DNA from: Guillardia theta CCMP2712 | Taxonomy: Eukaryota > Protista > Cryptophyta | NCBI RefSeq assembly: GCF_000315625.1 | Contig: NW_005434631.1 | Location: 310,001-374,000 of the forward strand | Direction: 5' to 3' | Length of the DNA stretch: 64,000 nucleotides | Shown: one piece after another, positions 22,787 to 35,780 of the stretch | How the letters are laid out: the number at the start of each line of letters is the position of its first letter | Numbering within the stretch: the stretch's first letter is position 1 | The notes under the pieces: generated by a model | The model's database searches: none | The model's input: the letters and a program-made list of their open reading frames with translations, nothing else | Told to the model about the DNA's origin: nothing | Program-made: the position numbers and the translations under genes

Positions 22787-25700
22787 ATGAGAAACATGAA
22801 AGCGCGTCCTAGCTTCGTTCTCTTGGTGCTTGTGCTGTGCAATCCGGGACAGCGTTTGGCGACGGCTTCAGCACACGTACCTGCAACAGCCTTGGGGCAG
22901 CGCTCTGCATTGCACATTAGCAGGGATGGTCATTCAAAAGTATTGAGGGTCAGAGGCGGTTCTCCTGCATTATTCTCACCAATTCGGACATGCAAAGCAA
23001 ACCAGATATGCAACCATGTATACGAAACTCTTGTCGCTCCCTTGGATTTTGTCAAGGAATACTGCAAGACGTCAAGATCTTGTCAGGAAGTGATGAACAT
23101 GCTTTCTCGAGTTCCACAAATTGTCGATTCAGCCTGCTCCTCGAATGCTCTATGTTCGAGCATACATTCGACATTCATGTCTCTGTGGAAGAGTGACTCT
23201 ATCCTTGCTATACATGCCGGTTTTGTTTCGATGGCCATTGCCCTCGATCTGGTAGCATCGCTGTTTTCGTCAGCAAAACTGCGCCCAGTCGATACACGTC
23301 GCACTCCTGGATGCGTTCCTCATAGCCGTGTGGTTACTGTTGGGTCCCGTGTTCGTGTAAAGGGACTTGCCAGTGCACGGCAATACAACGGACTTGTGGG
23401 GGTTGTGAGGTCCAAGTATGGGAAGAGATTTGCTGTGGAGGTTTGGGGTTTCCCAGAAGATTTAATGCTCAAGTCCAAAAACTTAGAGGTGATCGGATGC
23501 AGTTTGCTATCGATAGAATCGAAGAAATCGCAGCAAACAGAACAAGGCAAAGCCGACCTTGAAGAGAACATCACTGCTTTAGCTTCAAACCAAACGGTTG
23601 AAAAAGGTTATGATGACGAAACCATATCTGTAGACAACCAACCTCATCAAGCTTACCAGAAGAAAGTTAAAGAAGGGCCTTTACAACCTGCTGAAAGCGA
23701 ACAGCTACCGAAGGCATCAAAGAGGAAGACATTCGAGAACTACCTCGAAAAATTTACAGGTTTCAAACAAAAAACCTCGACTAGATTGGCAGATAGCGTT
23801 GCTCCAGCAGCTCATCATCAGGGCTGGCTCTACAGCCGTGAGCCCGCTCTCCTCGCCCTCTGGCATAAGCGTTGGTGCGTCGTCCGCCAGGGCCAGCTCG
23901 ACCTCTACGAGGACGACAGCATGCAGAAGCTGGTCATGACGGTACCGCTGTCGCAGTGCCGGATCGAGAAGACGCGGGTGATGGACGGGCGGCTACAGCA
24001 GGGGTGCGACTTCGAGTACGGGATCCGGGTGGTACTAGGGAAGGGGATCCTGATGGAGCTTGGGGCACAGGAGCGGCTTCTGGCGGCGGGGTCAGAGGAG
24101 GAGCGGGAGGGGTGGGGGGCGGCGTTGATGTCTTGCAGACAGGGAGTTTTAGTGCACAGCACATCTGAGAGGGCCTCTGATAAAATGCAGTCTATGAAGG
24201 ATGCGCAAGGTAGCGATGGTCAGGGGATGAGTTCACAAGTTGCGAGATTTGGTGTCCAGCTGGGAAAGAGTGTCGAAACATTGTTTTCTTCGGATCCATC
24301 CACGTGGTTCGGAGGCGTGAAGGATATGATGCAAGAAGTGCAATCCAAGGCATCGGTAATGCGCTCTTGACTTAATCTGCACCACTCTAACACTGGTTAC
24401 AGATTGTTTTCGAGCGGTTGAAGAACAGCAGCGATTGGATAAGTGATGATGACGAGGATGACGGCAATGGTCTAGTCCGTGACAGCGTGAACGCTCAAAG
24501 TCCCTCAGTTGCTCAATCTGTTGCGAGTCAGTCTGTGACGGAATCTTATTTCACTAATGACCGAATGGGTCATCAAACATTACAGGACTCTCTTTTTCAT
24601 GAGGAGGCGCTCAATGAGTCCGCCGCCGCTCCAAGTGGCAATTTCAAAGGGCATGAAGATCATCTCCGCACAACTGCAGCAAGTGAAAGTGTTTTGAAAG
24701 AGATTGAAGCAATTCAAAATGAATTAGCCGAAACTGCACAGAAGAAGGAGGATGCAGTCAAAAACGAGGATTATCAATTAGCTTCAGTGTTGAAGTCAAA
24801 AATTGATGGGCTCAAATCTAAAATTCACCAACTTCAACAGGGTCTAGCACCGGTGATATCAATAGGAAAAGACCAAATCGCAGCCCTTGGCCCCAATGAC
24901 GTTTCTCAACCGATGCAGAAGCAACACCTGAAACCAGTCGAACCATACGTCAAAGGTGGATGGCTCTACAGCCGTGAGCCCGCTCTCCTCGCCCTCTGGC
25001 ATAAGCGTTGGTGCGTCGTCCGCCAAGGCCAGCTCGACCTCTACGAGGACGACAGCATGCAGAAGCTGGTCATGACGGTACCGCTGTCGCAGTGCCGGAT
25101 CGAGAAGACGCGGGTGATGGACGGGCGGCTACAGCAGGGGTGCGACTTCGAGTACGGGATCCGGGTGGTACTAGGGAAGGGGATCCTGATGGAGCTTGGG
25201 GCACAGGAGCGGCTTCTGGCGGCGGGGTCAGAGGAGGAGCGGGAGGGGTGGGGGGCGGCGTTGATGTCTTGCAGGCAGGGGGCTCTAGAAGTCGGGGGGC
25301 GGCCGGAGGCCTCGGGACAGGGGACGGCGGGGAGGAACGAGACCGGGGAAGGGCTAGGGGGGCGTCTGGCGAAGTGGGGGGTAGTCATTGGAAAGCACTT
25401 TGAATCGCTCCTTACGGCAGATCCTCAGGACACGATCAAGAAGGTCAAGGAGGAGGCGGGGAAGCACGTGGGAGGGGTACTAGGGAAGCTGGACGACTTG
25501 ATCAGCGACGAAGATGAAGCAAACGAATTTCCTCATACCGATGCAACAATATCGGTAATTAACATTTCTTGTTGCACGTGATTTGATTGTACTGTTTGTT
25601 TACAGCGATTACAGGATCATAGAGAACATTCCTTGGAGGCTCCTCCTTCTCAGCCATCCATTACGATTGACCCAAGCATACACCTCAGATATCCACCAGT

Positions 25701-28700
25701 GCGCCAGGGCTGGCTCTACAGCCGTGAGCCCGCTCTCCTCGCCCTCTGGCATAAGCGTTGGTGCGTCGTCCGCCAGGGCCAGCTCGACCTCTACGAGGAC
25801 GACAGCATGCAGAAGCTGGTCATGACGGTACCGCTGTCGCAGTGCCGGATCGAGAAGACGCGGGTGATGGACGGGCGGCGAAGCACGTGTCCTAGATGCA
25901 TGCTCACCTCGATGCACGCTGTCTTCACACAGGAAGGAAATATGGCTGATGGAGCTTGGGGCACAGGAGCGGCTTCTGGCGGCGGGGTCAGAGGAGGAGC
26001 GGGAGGGGTGGGGGGCGGCGTTGATGTCTTGCAGGCAGGGGGCTCTAGAAGTCGGGGGCGACCGGAGGCCTCGGGACAGAGGGCGGCGGGGAGGAACGAG
26101 ACCGGGGAAGGGCTAGGCGGCCGTCCGGCGAAGTGGGGGGTAGCGATCGGGAAGGGGGTAGAGTCAGTGCTCTCAGCAGATCCTCAGGACACGATCAAGA
26201 AGGTCAAGGAGGAGGCGGGGAAGCACGTGGGAGGGGTACTGGGGAAGCTGGACGACTTGATCAGCGACGAAGAATCAGAGCAAGCAAGACCTGTAGGGTA
26301 TGACGGGAGTGCAGGAGATGGTGAAATCAGCATCGCTGCAGGCGCCATGTTGCCTCCTCCTCCTCCTCCTTTACCTCCGCTCGATGCAGACCAGATGAAG
26401 GGGGTAGGCAGTGCATCTACGCCGATCCCTGTTGCCAAGCTCCCGAACTACGGTCCGACGTACCTGTCCCCAACAACAAGCGCGACAGAGAAGGCTCAGA
26501 GCACCACGACGGAAGAGCAGGCATTGAAGAAAGTGCCGTTTCGCAGTGTGCATGTCTTACCACGGGAGAGTGTGGTAGAGGAGCAGATCGTGAAGTATCC
26601 ACGGATGCCCATGTATGGAGCCGAGTATCTTTCGCCGTCGAATCCGCAGTCGTCGACGATGCCATCGCAGCCGATGACGCCGACGCTCTCGGCGTATGTA
26701 CCCCCTATGATTTCTTCTTTACGACCAGTCGTGGAACCTGTGATGCACGAAGAAAAACTGTCTCAGACCTCCCTTGACATCAAGAGTGCTACAGAGTCCT
26801 TCACGCTTGACTGGGACAAGTGCATGACCGATGCGATTGGATCGTGGGGAGTTTTTGCCGGACACGAAGAGACCATTATTGATCAGGAATTTCAGTACTC
26901 AACGAGACAAGAGTACGCAACAAATGAAGCTCAAGCACCAAAGGAAAACAAGCCGCTTCCTCCACCAGTGCGCCAGGGCTGGCTCTACAGCCGTGAGCCC
27001 GCTCTCCTCGCCCTCTGGCACAAGCGTTGGTGCGTCGTCCGCCAAGGCCAGCTCGACCTCTACGAGGACGACAGCATGCAGAAGCTGGTCATGACGGTAC
27101 CGCTGTCGCAGTGCCGGATCGAGAAGACGCGGGTGATGGACGGGCGGCTACAGCAGGGGTGCGACTTCGAGTACGGGATCCGGGTGGTACTAGGGAAGGG
27201 GATCCTGATGGAGCTTGGGGCACAGGAGCGGCTTCTGGCGGCGGGGTCAGAGGAGGAGCGGGAGGGGTGGGGGGCGGCGTTGATGTCTTGCAGGCAGGGG
27301 GCTCTAGAAGTCGGGGGGCGACCGGAGGCCTCGGGACAGAGGGCGGCGGGGAGGAACGAGACCGGGGAAGGGCTAGGGGGGCGTCTGGCGAAGTGGGGGG
27401 TAGCGATCGGGAAGGGGGTAGAGTCAGTGCTCTCAGCAGATCCTCAGGACACGATCAAGAAGGTCAAGGAGGAGGCGGGGAAGCACGTGGGAGGGGTACT
27501 GGGGAAGCTGGACGACTTGATCAGCGACGAAGAATCAGAGCAAGCAAGACCTGTAGGGTATGACGGGAGTGCAGGAGATGGTGAAATCAGCATCGCTGCA
27601 GGCGCCATGTTGCCTCCTCCTCCTCCTCCTCCTCCTTTTCCTCCGCTCGATGCAGACCAGATGAAGGGAGTAGGCAGTGCATCTACGCCGATCCCTGTTG
27701 CCAAGCTCCCGAACTACGGTCCGACGTACCTGTCCCCAACAACAAGCGCGACAGAGAAGGCTCAGAGCACCACGACGGAAGAGCAGGCATTGAAGAAAGT
27801 GCCGTTTCGCAGTGTGCATGTCTTACCACGGGAGAGTGTGGTAGAGGAGCAGATCGTGAAGTATCCACGGATGCCCATGTATGGAGCCGAGTATCTTTCG
27901 CCGTCGAATCCGCAGTCGTCGACGATGCCATCGCAGCCGATGACGCCGACGCTCTCGGCGTATGTACCCCCTATGGTGGAATCTCTAACACAGCAACAGA
28001 CTAAGGTCAAGGAACCTTACACGTTTCCTCTGACGTTGAACAGAACGCTGGTGTACACCAATCAGATCCTTGAATACGGAAAGGCCCTGTGGAAATATGA
28101 AATCGAAATGAATGCTGGAAAAACTCAAGACAATATGATTCCAGCTCCTTCCCCCCCTCCACCAGTACGCCAGGGCTGGCTCTACAGCCGTGAGCCCGCT
28201 CTCCTCGCCCTCTGGCACAAGCGTTGGTGCGTCGTCCGCCAGGGCCAGCTCGACCTCTACGAGGACGACAGCATGCAGAAGCTGGTCATGACGGTACCGC
28301 TGTCGCAGTGCCGGATCGAGAAGACGCGGGTGATGGACGGGCGGCTACAGCAGGGGTGCGACTTCGAGTACGGGATCCGGGTGGTACTAGGGAAGGGGAT
28401 CCTGATGGAGCTTGGGGCACAGGAGCGGCTTCTGGCGGCGGGGTCAGAGGAGGAGCGGGAGGGGTGGGGGGCGGCGTTGATGTCTTGCAGCAGGGGGCTC
28501 TAGAAGTCGGGGGGCGACCGGAGGCCTCGGGACAGAGGGCGGCGGGGAGGAACGAGACCGGGGAAGGGCTAAGGGGGCGTCTGGCGAAGTGGGGGGTAGC
28601 GATCGGGAAGGGGGTAGAGTCAGTGCTCTCAGCAGATCCTCAGGACACGATCAAGAAGGTCAAGGAGGAGGCGGGGAAGCACGTGGGAGGGGTACTGGGG

Positions 28701-31179
28701 AAGCTGGACGACTTGATCAGCGACGAAGATGAAGTTGCTGCTTATGACTCTGCTACGCTCGGATCTGCAGGAGAAATGATTCTTGGAGTGGGTGATTTGA
28801 TGTTGCCTCCTGCAAGTGTGTCAGGTGGATCTTTTGTTTTCAAACCATCAGTGTTGGATGCTGTCAGGGAAACGGGAACGCCGGCTCAGACATCATTGAC
28901 GTTAACAACTCCAGATACCCGACACGATGAAGGATATCTGCAACCAAAGAAGTCGCACGTGCCTGAATGGAAGGAGCCTCAACCTGCCACGAGTACAGCA
29001 GATCCGAACATGCAATTGCACCTGACAATCGCGAGCAATGCACAGACCAATCCACCAGTACGCCAGGGCTGGCTCTACAGCCGTGAGCCCGCTCTCCTCG
29101 CCCTCTGGCATAAGCGTTGGTGCGTCGTCCGCCAGGGCCAGCTCGACCTCTACGAGGACGACAGCATGCAGAAGCTGGTCATGACGGTACCGCTGTCGCA
29201 GTGCCGGATCGAGAAGACGCGGGTGATGGACGGGCGGCTACAGCAGGGGTGCGACTTCGAGTACGGGATCCGGGTGGTACTAGGGAAGGGGATCCTGATG
29301 GAGCTTGGGGCACAGGAGCGGCTTCTGGCGGCGGGGTCAGAGGAGGAGCGGGAGGGGTGGGGGGCGGCGTTGATGTCTTGCAGGCAGGGGGCTCTAGAAG
29401 TCGGGGGGCGGCCGGAGGCCTCGGGACAGGGGACGGCGGGGAGGAACGAGACCGGGGAAGGGCTAGGGGGGCGTCTGGCGAAGTGGGGGGTAGCGATCGG
29501 GAAGGGGGTAGAGTCAGTGCTCTCAGCGGATGTTGCACAAGGAGAAGCTAGTGAAGACTTAGGATCGAGAGATAAGTTGGGTGATATTGCCCCGACAGGA
29601 TCGAAGCTTCAGACGTTCTTCAGTCCCCATGATGTTGTGTTGGAAGTCGGGGAGATGGAGCTCGGGTGGACGTCACCAGCTACAGCTCTCGCGAGACCCC
29701 CGACTTCTTCAGTGCCATCGCAACCTACAGACAAAGTTTCAGATCCAGCCCCTAAGGAAATCAAACAAGCCATTACCCCTGGTTTTCATGATGCTGCTCC
29801 TGTTTTGCCAAACCAGGTCACAATCACCGCTCCCCCTTCACCTCCACCAGTGCGCCAGGGCTGGCTCTACAGCCGTGAGCCCGCTCTCCTCGCCCTCTGG
29901 CATAAGCGTTGGTGCGTCGTCCGCCAAGGCCAGCTCGACCTCTACGAGGACGACAGCATGCAGAAGCTGGTCATGACGGTACCGCTGTCGCAGTGCCGGA
30001 TCGAGAAGACGCGGGTGATGGACGGGCGGCTACAGCAGGGGTGCGACTTCGAGTACGGGATCCGGGTGGTACTAGGGAAGGGGATCCTGATGGAGCTTGG
30101 GGCACAGGAGCGGCTTCTGGCGGCGGGGTCAGAGGAGGAGCGGGAGGGGTGGGGGGCGGCGTTGATGTCTTGCAGGCAGGGGGTGCTGTTTGGTTCATCC
30201 TCTCATGCTGGAGGTCGAAACACTGACTCCTCAAATCAGCTGCAGAATGCCCGTGCAGAACAGGGAGGAGAGCCAGTGTTGGATATTGGTAGGAGAATCG
30301 CTGCTGTTGGTGTCGGGTTGGGGAAGAGCGTTGAGAAGCTGATATCTTCTGATTACACCCCGATCGTCTCAGGAATTTGATCCACCTGTTTCCTTGCTGT
30401 TCCTTTGACGGTTCACCACAGGCATGAGGGAAGTGACAGCAAGAGCCTCGTCCGAGATCCGTCAAGCCTTTGCGGAGGGTGTGTCTGCGGAGCTCCAAAG
30501 CACGGCAGGAGGCCTCCAGGCTCCCATCGAGTCATTCGAAGCATCTTATAAGGCTTCAGCTCACAGCAGCAACTCGCTGCTGCCTCCGCCTCCGCCTCCT
30601 CAGCCTCAAGATCCTCCAGCAACAGCTTCGCAGCAGCCAGTTGCTCCTCCTCCTCCTCCTCCTCCAGTGCAGTCTCAGGTGCAGTCACAGCCTACTTGCA
30701 CAGAGGCAGCACAGGTTGCTGTGCCACTGTATCAGCCTCCTCCTCCACCACCACCCGTCGGTCAACTTCCTTCAGTGGACCTGCCGCCTCCGCCTCCGCC
30801 TGCCTTGGTTGTCCCAGGTCAATGTCCTCGTCTTCTGAAATCAGATTTTTACACGTCATCAGGCCTGCAAAGTGCGAATGTGTCGCCCGTGTTGTCTCCG
30901 CCTCCAGCTCCTCCAGGTGCGTCGTGATGTTCCTGTAGTTCAAGGCAGCAGGATTGAACGCTCCGACCTGTTTCAGGGCAGAGTCAAGGACGAGAGGCAT
31001 CGGAAGGGAACACACCCAAGGTATGTGTCTACTCCCATCCTCAAGGGTGTCGAGGTGTAACTGTGTTCCGATAGGATGACCCGCCACCTCCCTACATCCC
31101 AGACAAGATCAGCTTCCCTCCTCCTCCTCCTCCTCCTCCTCTGCAGTCAATCCCACCACCCTCTTCTCATTCCTTGTAA
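22787..31179 (+). CDS. Very large protein: signal-like N-terminus, TM segment, SH3/KOW-like unit, UVR motif, 7 PH-domain repeats, proline-rich tail
   Basis: PH-like GWLYSREPALLALWHKRWCVVRQGQLDLYED...LLAAGSEEEREGWGAAL repeated 7 times. UVR KKEDAVKNEDYQLASVLKSKI. Short introns near 24356, 25555, 30365, 30917 and 31021. Last exon DDPPPPY...SHSL*. One apparent 1-nt frameshift at ~28490. Confidence 0.75.
23818..30183 (+). repeat. Seven near-identical ~320-1000 bp direct repeats (PH cassette) starting at ~23818, 24961, 25693, 26961, 28158, 29051, 29842
   Basis: Same nucleotide string GGCTCTACAGCCGTGAGCCCGCTCTCC...GCGTTGATGTCTTGCAG at each copy; 25693-26709 and 26961-27975 form a ~1 kb duplication. 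Confidence 0.97.
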
Positions 31180-31720
31180 ACTTCAAAGATTTAGTGAGGT
31201 TCAGCTGAAGTTCAGTTCAACTTTCACTTGCCATGTTGGTTCACCTTGCCCCGCGGCTTGTTCCAAGGACAGTCACACTATCACAGAGTAGACTCATCCA
31301 CTCTGTACGGTCATCATGCGGCACAGCCCGGCCCTCCCGGCGCCGCCGGACTCGGGACGGGTTCAACGGGGCTGGTTCCCGAGTCCGAAGTTCGCTGAGT
31401 GACGGCCGGGCCGGCGGCACTCAGCCGCCCGGGGCCGGAACTTTTCCGGAAAAAGATGGTCTACCATCTTCACCGGTCACGACCAACAAATTTTCTGGGG
31501 ATGTCCTTGGGGAACGAGATGGGGAGATGTAGAGGGGAGCGAGGAGAGCAGCGAGGCAGAAGAAGTTGATGAAGTTGATGATGAGAACAGCTGTCATGAT
31601 GATGAGCTGATGAGATCAACTCGATCTGCGAGCAGAGTGAGCTCGTGCGAGCTAGCGGTTCTTGGGTGAAGGACGAGTTGTTCAGTTGGCATGGTGTGGC
31701 TGTAAGCTCAAACCTGCGCT

Positions 31721-34496
31721 ATGATGTCGGACATGCTGCGTAGGATACGGATGCTCTTGAAGGAGCATTGGAACACGTTCTCGTACTCGCTGTCGGGGCT
31801 GATCCTACTCGTCCTAAGTCAGTCTCACCTCGACGGCGAGCATCCCAAGGTATCCACAGCAGCAGGCATTGCTCTCGGCATGGCAACGATGTGGGTGACG
31901 ACTCCCATCCCCGTGGGCGTCACAGCGATGCTTCCTCTGGTGCTGTACCCGATCCTTGGCATCCTGGACGGCAAGAGCGTCGCCAAGTGCTACTTCAGCG
32001 ACACCCACTTCGTCTTTGTTGGCTCATTTTTCCTCGCCATCGCCGTCGAGCGAGTGAACCTTCATCGAAGAATCGCTTTGAATCTCCTCCTCCTCCTCGG
32101 GGTGAAGCCCAGAAACCTCCTGTTTGGCTTCAGCTTCGCCACCTTCCTCCTCTCCACTTGTCTCTCTAACACGGCCACCGCGATAATGGTGATCCCCCTT
32201 GCAATGGCGGTTGTCGACCAGCTGGAGAGGCCGAGGGAGGAGCAGTCGTGCGACCAGGAGGTCCGTGGGGCCTCCAGCGAGCAGAAGGAGCAGCTCAGCC
32301 CTCGTGCCCCAAGTTTGATCCCCGGCGAGTCAGGTTCGGAAGAGCTCGTGTACGAGGTGAGGGAGTCGTTGGGGGATCGGAGTGACTCCTACCTGGTGAG
32401 AGCTGGCGTCTGCTGCTGACCGTCTCTGATAACCCCAGCAGGGCCCCAGTTCGCTGCCTGTCAGCAGTGACGAGTTACCGCACTCGAGCGACCAGCTGCT
32501 GGGCAGTGCCGCCAGTGAGAGTGACCACTTCAGGCTGCTGCATGGGCGGGGGGACCAGTCAGCCCACAGAGACGAGGAGGATGAAATCAAGCAGGTGAGG
32601 AGGAGATGCTTGCTTGTCATGCACACCTGGTGCAAGTTGAGCGTCTTCGTCTCCTCTCTCCTGCGTCGAGGGCCCCCAAAGGTACTTCCTCCCCTGCTGA
32701 CCCTTGCGAGTCGGCGGGTGACAGTGAAGTTTCAGGGCCCTCTGGCTGTCAGGCTCCGGCGAACTCTGGCGCTGGGAGTGGCGTACAGCGCCAACATTGG
32801 AGGAGTAGCGACTCTGATCGGGACTCCTCCTAACCTGGTCTATGCCGGGCAGTTCCCCATCTTGTTCCCGCGAGGCCCCCCGGTCTCCTTCTCAAGTATG
32901 TTGGACGGGTCCTGACAGCTGCTGCTGACCCTGAGCTCTCAGACTGGTTCTACTTCTCCGCCCCCTACAGCCTGCTCATGTTCCTCATCTGCTTCGCCAT
33001 CCTGAGCTTGAGCCTCAGCAAGGAGCCTCGCCCTGAAGGGGAAAGCGCGCAAGAGAAGGAGGCGATGAGCCTGGAGACGGAGGTGCTGACTAAGGAGAAG
33101 AACTCCCTGGGGAAGATCAGAAGGGAGGAGATCATCGTGATATCACACGGTGTCGTCCTCGTCGTGCTGTGGTTCACCAGGACTCCTGGGATCCTCAGGT
33201 CAACGTCGTGGCCCTCGCCATGGCTGACTGACTTGTCCGCAGCGTCGGATGGTCCCAGCTCTTTTCCAACCCGACCTACATCACGGACGGTATACATACG
33301 TCCAGCGGTACCTCCTGCTCACCTCTGGGGTCACTCAGGGACGGCTGCGATGCTCATTTCCCTCTCCCTGTTCCTCTTCCCCAAGGACGTCGAGAGGAGA
33401 AGGCAGTCCGAGGAGGAGGAGGATTCGATTCAAGGTCCCCCACGAGCCTCCATGCTTGCTTCTTGACAGCTTTTTTTCATGCATCAGATAGCCAAGACCC
33501 TCTCTATCCCCCCAACTGCCCCTCCTCTCCCACTTCCACTCCCTTCCCCTCCGCCCCTCCTTCCTCCTCTCCTCCTCGTCGAATCCTAGATGCTGAGGCG
33601 ATCAAAGAAATCCCATGGTAAGAGGAGACAGAGGGCATTCGATGCCGGGGGAGGAGGGAAAAGGGGTGCGAGCGAGGGAGGGAGCGGGGGAAGGGAAGGG
33701 GTGGTTGACTTGGAGCGTCAGGAGTGTCGTGATTTTGCTCGGGGGAGGATTCGCCTTGGCGGAGGGGTCAAAGGTCCTCACGCTCGCCTCCTATGAGATC
33801 AGCTGACGGTGTTACAGGCCTCCGGCCTTTCATCCTGGATGGCGAAGTCACTGATGTCGCTGAGTGAGGTAAACCCTCCTCCTCCCTCCTCTTCAATCTC
33901 TTTGCTGCCTGTCATCATCTCCGTTGGCAACATCCTTCACCTTCTCCAGCATCGCCCTCAACAACTCCAACGCCTTCCCCCGCCCCCCTTCTTGCTCGTC
34001 TCACCTCCCCCATGCCTGACCTGCTGCCTGCAGCTGGAGCCTCAAGTCGTCCTGTAAGGCTGCGGCGAGGAGGAGGCGAGAAAGAGTGAGCTGACGAGCC
34101 TGCTGCAGGCTCATGACGATCCTCCTCGCCTCCCTCATGACCGAGTGCAACTCCAACGTGGCTGCCACGGCGATGCTCCTGCCCATCGTTGCCGAGCTCT
34201 CGGTGGGACTCAAGGTCTCCCCGATGGCCCACATGATGTGCGCCACCTTCGCCTGCTCCTTCGCCTTCATGCTCCCCATCTCCACGCCCCCCAACGCCAT
34301 CGCCTTCGCTACCAATGCTGTCTCAGCCCGGGACATGCTCAAGGTTGGCTTCTTCCTCAACTCCATCGCCTGCGTCGCCCTCACCGTGTACACCATGTGG
34401 TTCTTCAAGCCCGTCTACGGTCACGATCCCTTCCAGCTCCCCTGGTGGGCTGTTGATGTCGAGGATGACGATAGACGAGCGGCGATGAGCCTGTGA
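31721..34496 (+). CDS. SLC13/DASS family Na+-dicarboxylate/sulfate symporter, multi-exon
   Basis: WVTTPIPVGVTAMLPLVLYP, LAIAVERVNLHRRIAL, LSNTAT (first SNT), AYSANIGGVATLIGTPPN, ILLGGGFALA, TECNSNVAATAMLLPI, SFAFMLPISTPPNAIAF. Confidence 0.93.
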
Positions 34497-34839
34497 GGCT
34501 GAAGGCAGATGCCAGCGGCTCTTTGCAGTCACACGGCGAAATAAATTGAACTTGGGAACTTCGGAAGTGACAGTGACTGTCGATCGACTCTCACTGAGTC
34601 CGATCAGTTTTCACTTTTCAACTTCCTGTAGGCGTGTCTCTTAGCTACTTTGTTGGCACAGGTCCTCACCCTCAGGATATCATGCCATCATAAGTTATCA
34701 TCGGAGGGTCACTAACCGTTGAACTGTCGTCCGGCCGGGCCCCGGTCAGCCTGTGGCCGGGACACGGGCATCAAGGCTCTGAGGCGGGCTTGTGTAAATG
34801 AGGGGGATGAGGTTTGTCCTGAGAAAATCGTGGCAGGCG

Positions 34840-35597
34840 ATGGCGACGGCGCGGGGAGCGATGAAGATGGGATACTACTTCGACGTGGTGTCGCCCTACT
34901 CGGCCTTCTCATGGAAGGTACTCGAGCGGTACCGAGGAAGGTGGCCCTTAGAGACAGCACTGAAGCCTGTCTTCCTTGGTGGGATCATGAAGGGAGCCTC
35001 CAATACGCCCCCGGCCCTGGTATCCAAGGCCAAGGGCGTGTGGATGAAGCAGGACATCCGGAGGTGCGGAGAAACGTTCGGCTACCCCATCCTTGACATG
35101 CCCAAGAACTTCTTCTCCGAGGTTGCACGGGCGACGGTGGACTGTCAGAGGTTGATAGTAGCCGCTCAGCTTCTGGGGAGGAAGGAGGACGAGGTGCGTG
35201 GTTTGATCTCGGTGCTGACAGATGCCATCCATGTCGACAAGGCGCTGAGGACGGAGGAGAACAATCTGAAAGTCGACGGTGCACTCATTGAAGCATGCGC
35301 GAAGAAGGTCTTGCCTGGAGAAGTGGTACAAGATGTCATCGCAGCGTCCAAGTCGCAGGAAGCGAAAGACCAGCTGAAGGCGAACACCGAAGAAGCAGGT
35401 GAGGAGAGCTCTGTTGAGATGCCGCTGACGTCTGCTCCTCTCCTCGTCGTGTAGTCTCCAAGGGAGTCTTCGGGAGCCCTTCTTTCGTCTTCTACAACCC
35501 CGACCCAAAGAAGGAAATCTTGATCTTCGGAAGTGACCGCTTCGACCAGATCGCGCACGTCATTGGCGCCGAGTGGAAAGGACCCAATCCTGCATGA
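34840..35597 (+). CDS. GSTK1: Kappa-class glutathione S-transferase / HCCA isomerase (DsbA-like fold)
   Basis: YYFDVVSPYS, LKPVFLGGIMKGASNTPP, KDQLKANTEEA; after intron ~35399-35454 KGVFGSPSF and IFGSDRF...WKGPNPA*. Confidence 0.9.
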
Positions 35598-35780
35598 TGC
35601 GGATGTTGAGATGCGGACGTTGTGCGAAAGATGGACACTCGTGTGCACCAACTACTCTCTTGAAGGTCTGATTAGCAGACTTCCTTGTGTATTTGTCATA
35701 CCATGACGAATTCATGTTCGTCCAAAGACTGAAACATGCTTGAACGGCAATACGTGTATGTGTGACTTTGTCCACCGGCA

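Noticed and set aside
23872-24168. Alternative-frame and antisense ORFs over the PH cassette as overlapping genes
   Set aside because: Explained by high GC and codon bias; Gly/Arg-rich products have no domain signal.
23818-30183. Repeat-spacer layout reminiscent of a CRISPR array
   Set aside because: Repeats are over 300 bp and protein-coding, the context is eukaryotic, and there are no cas genes.
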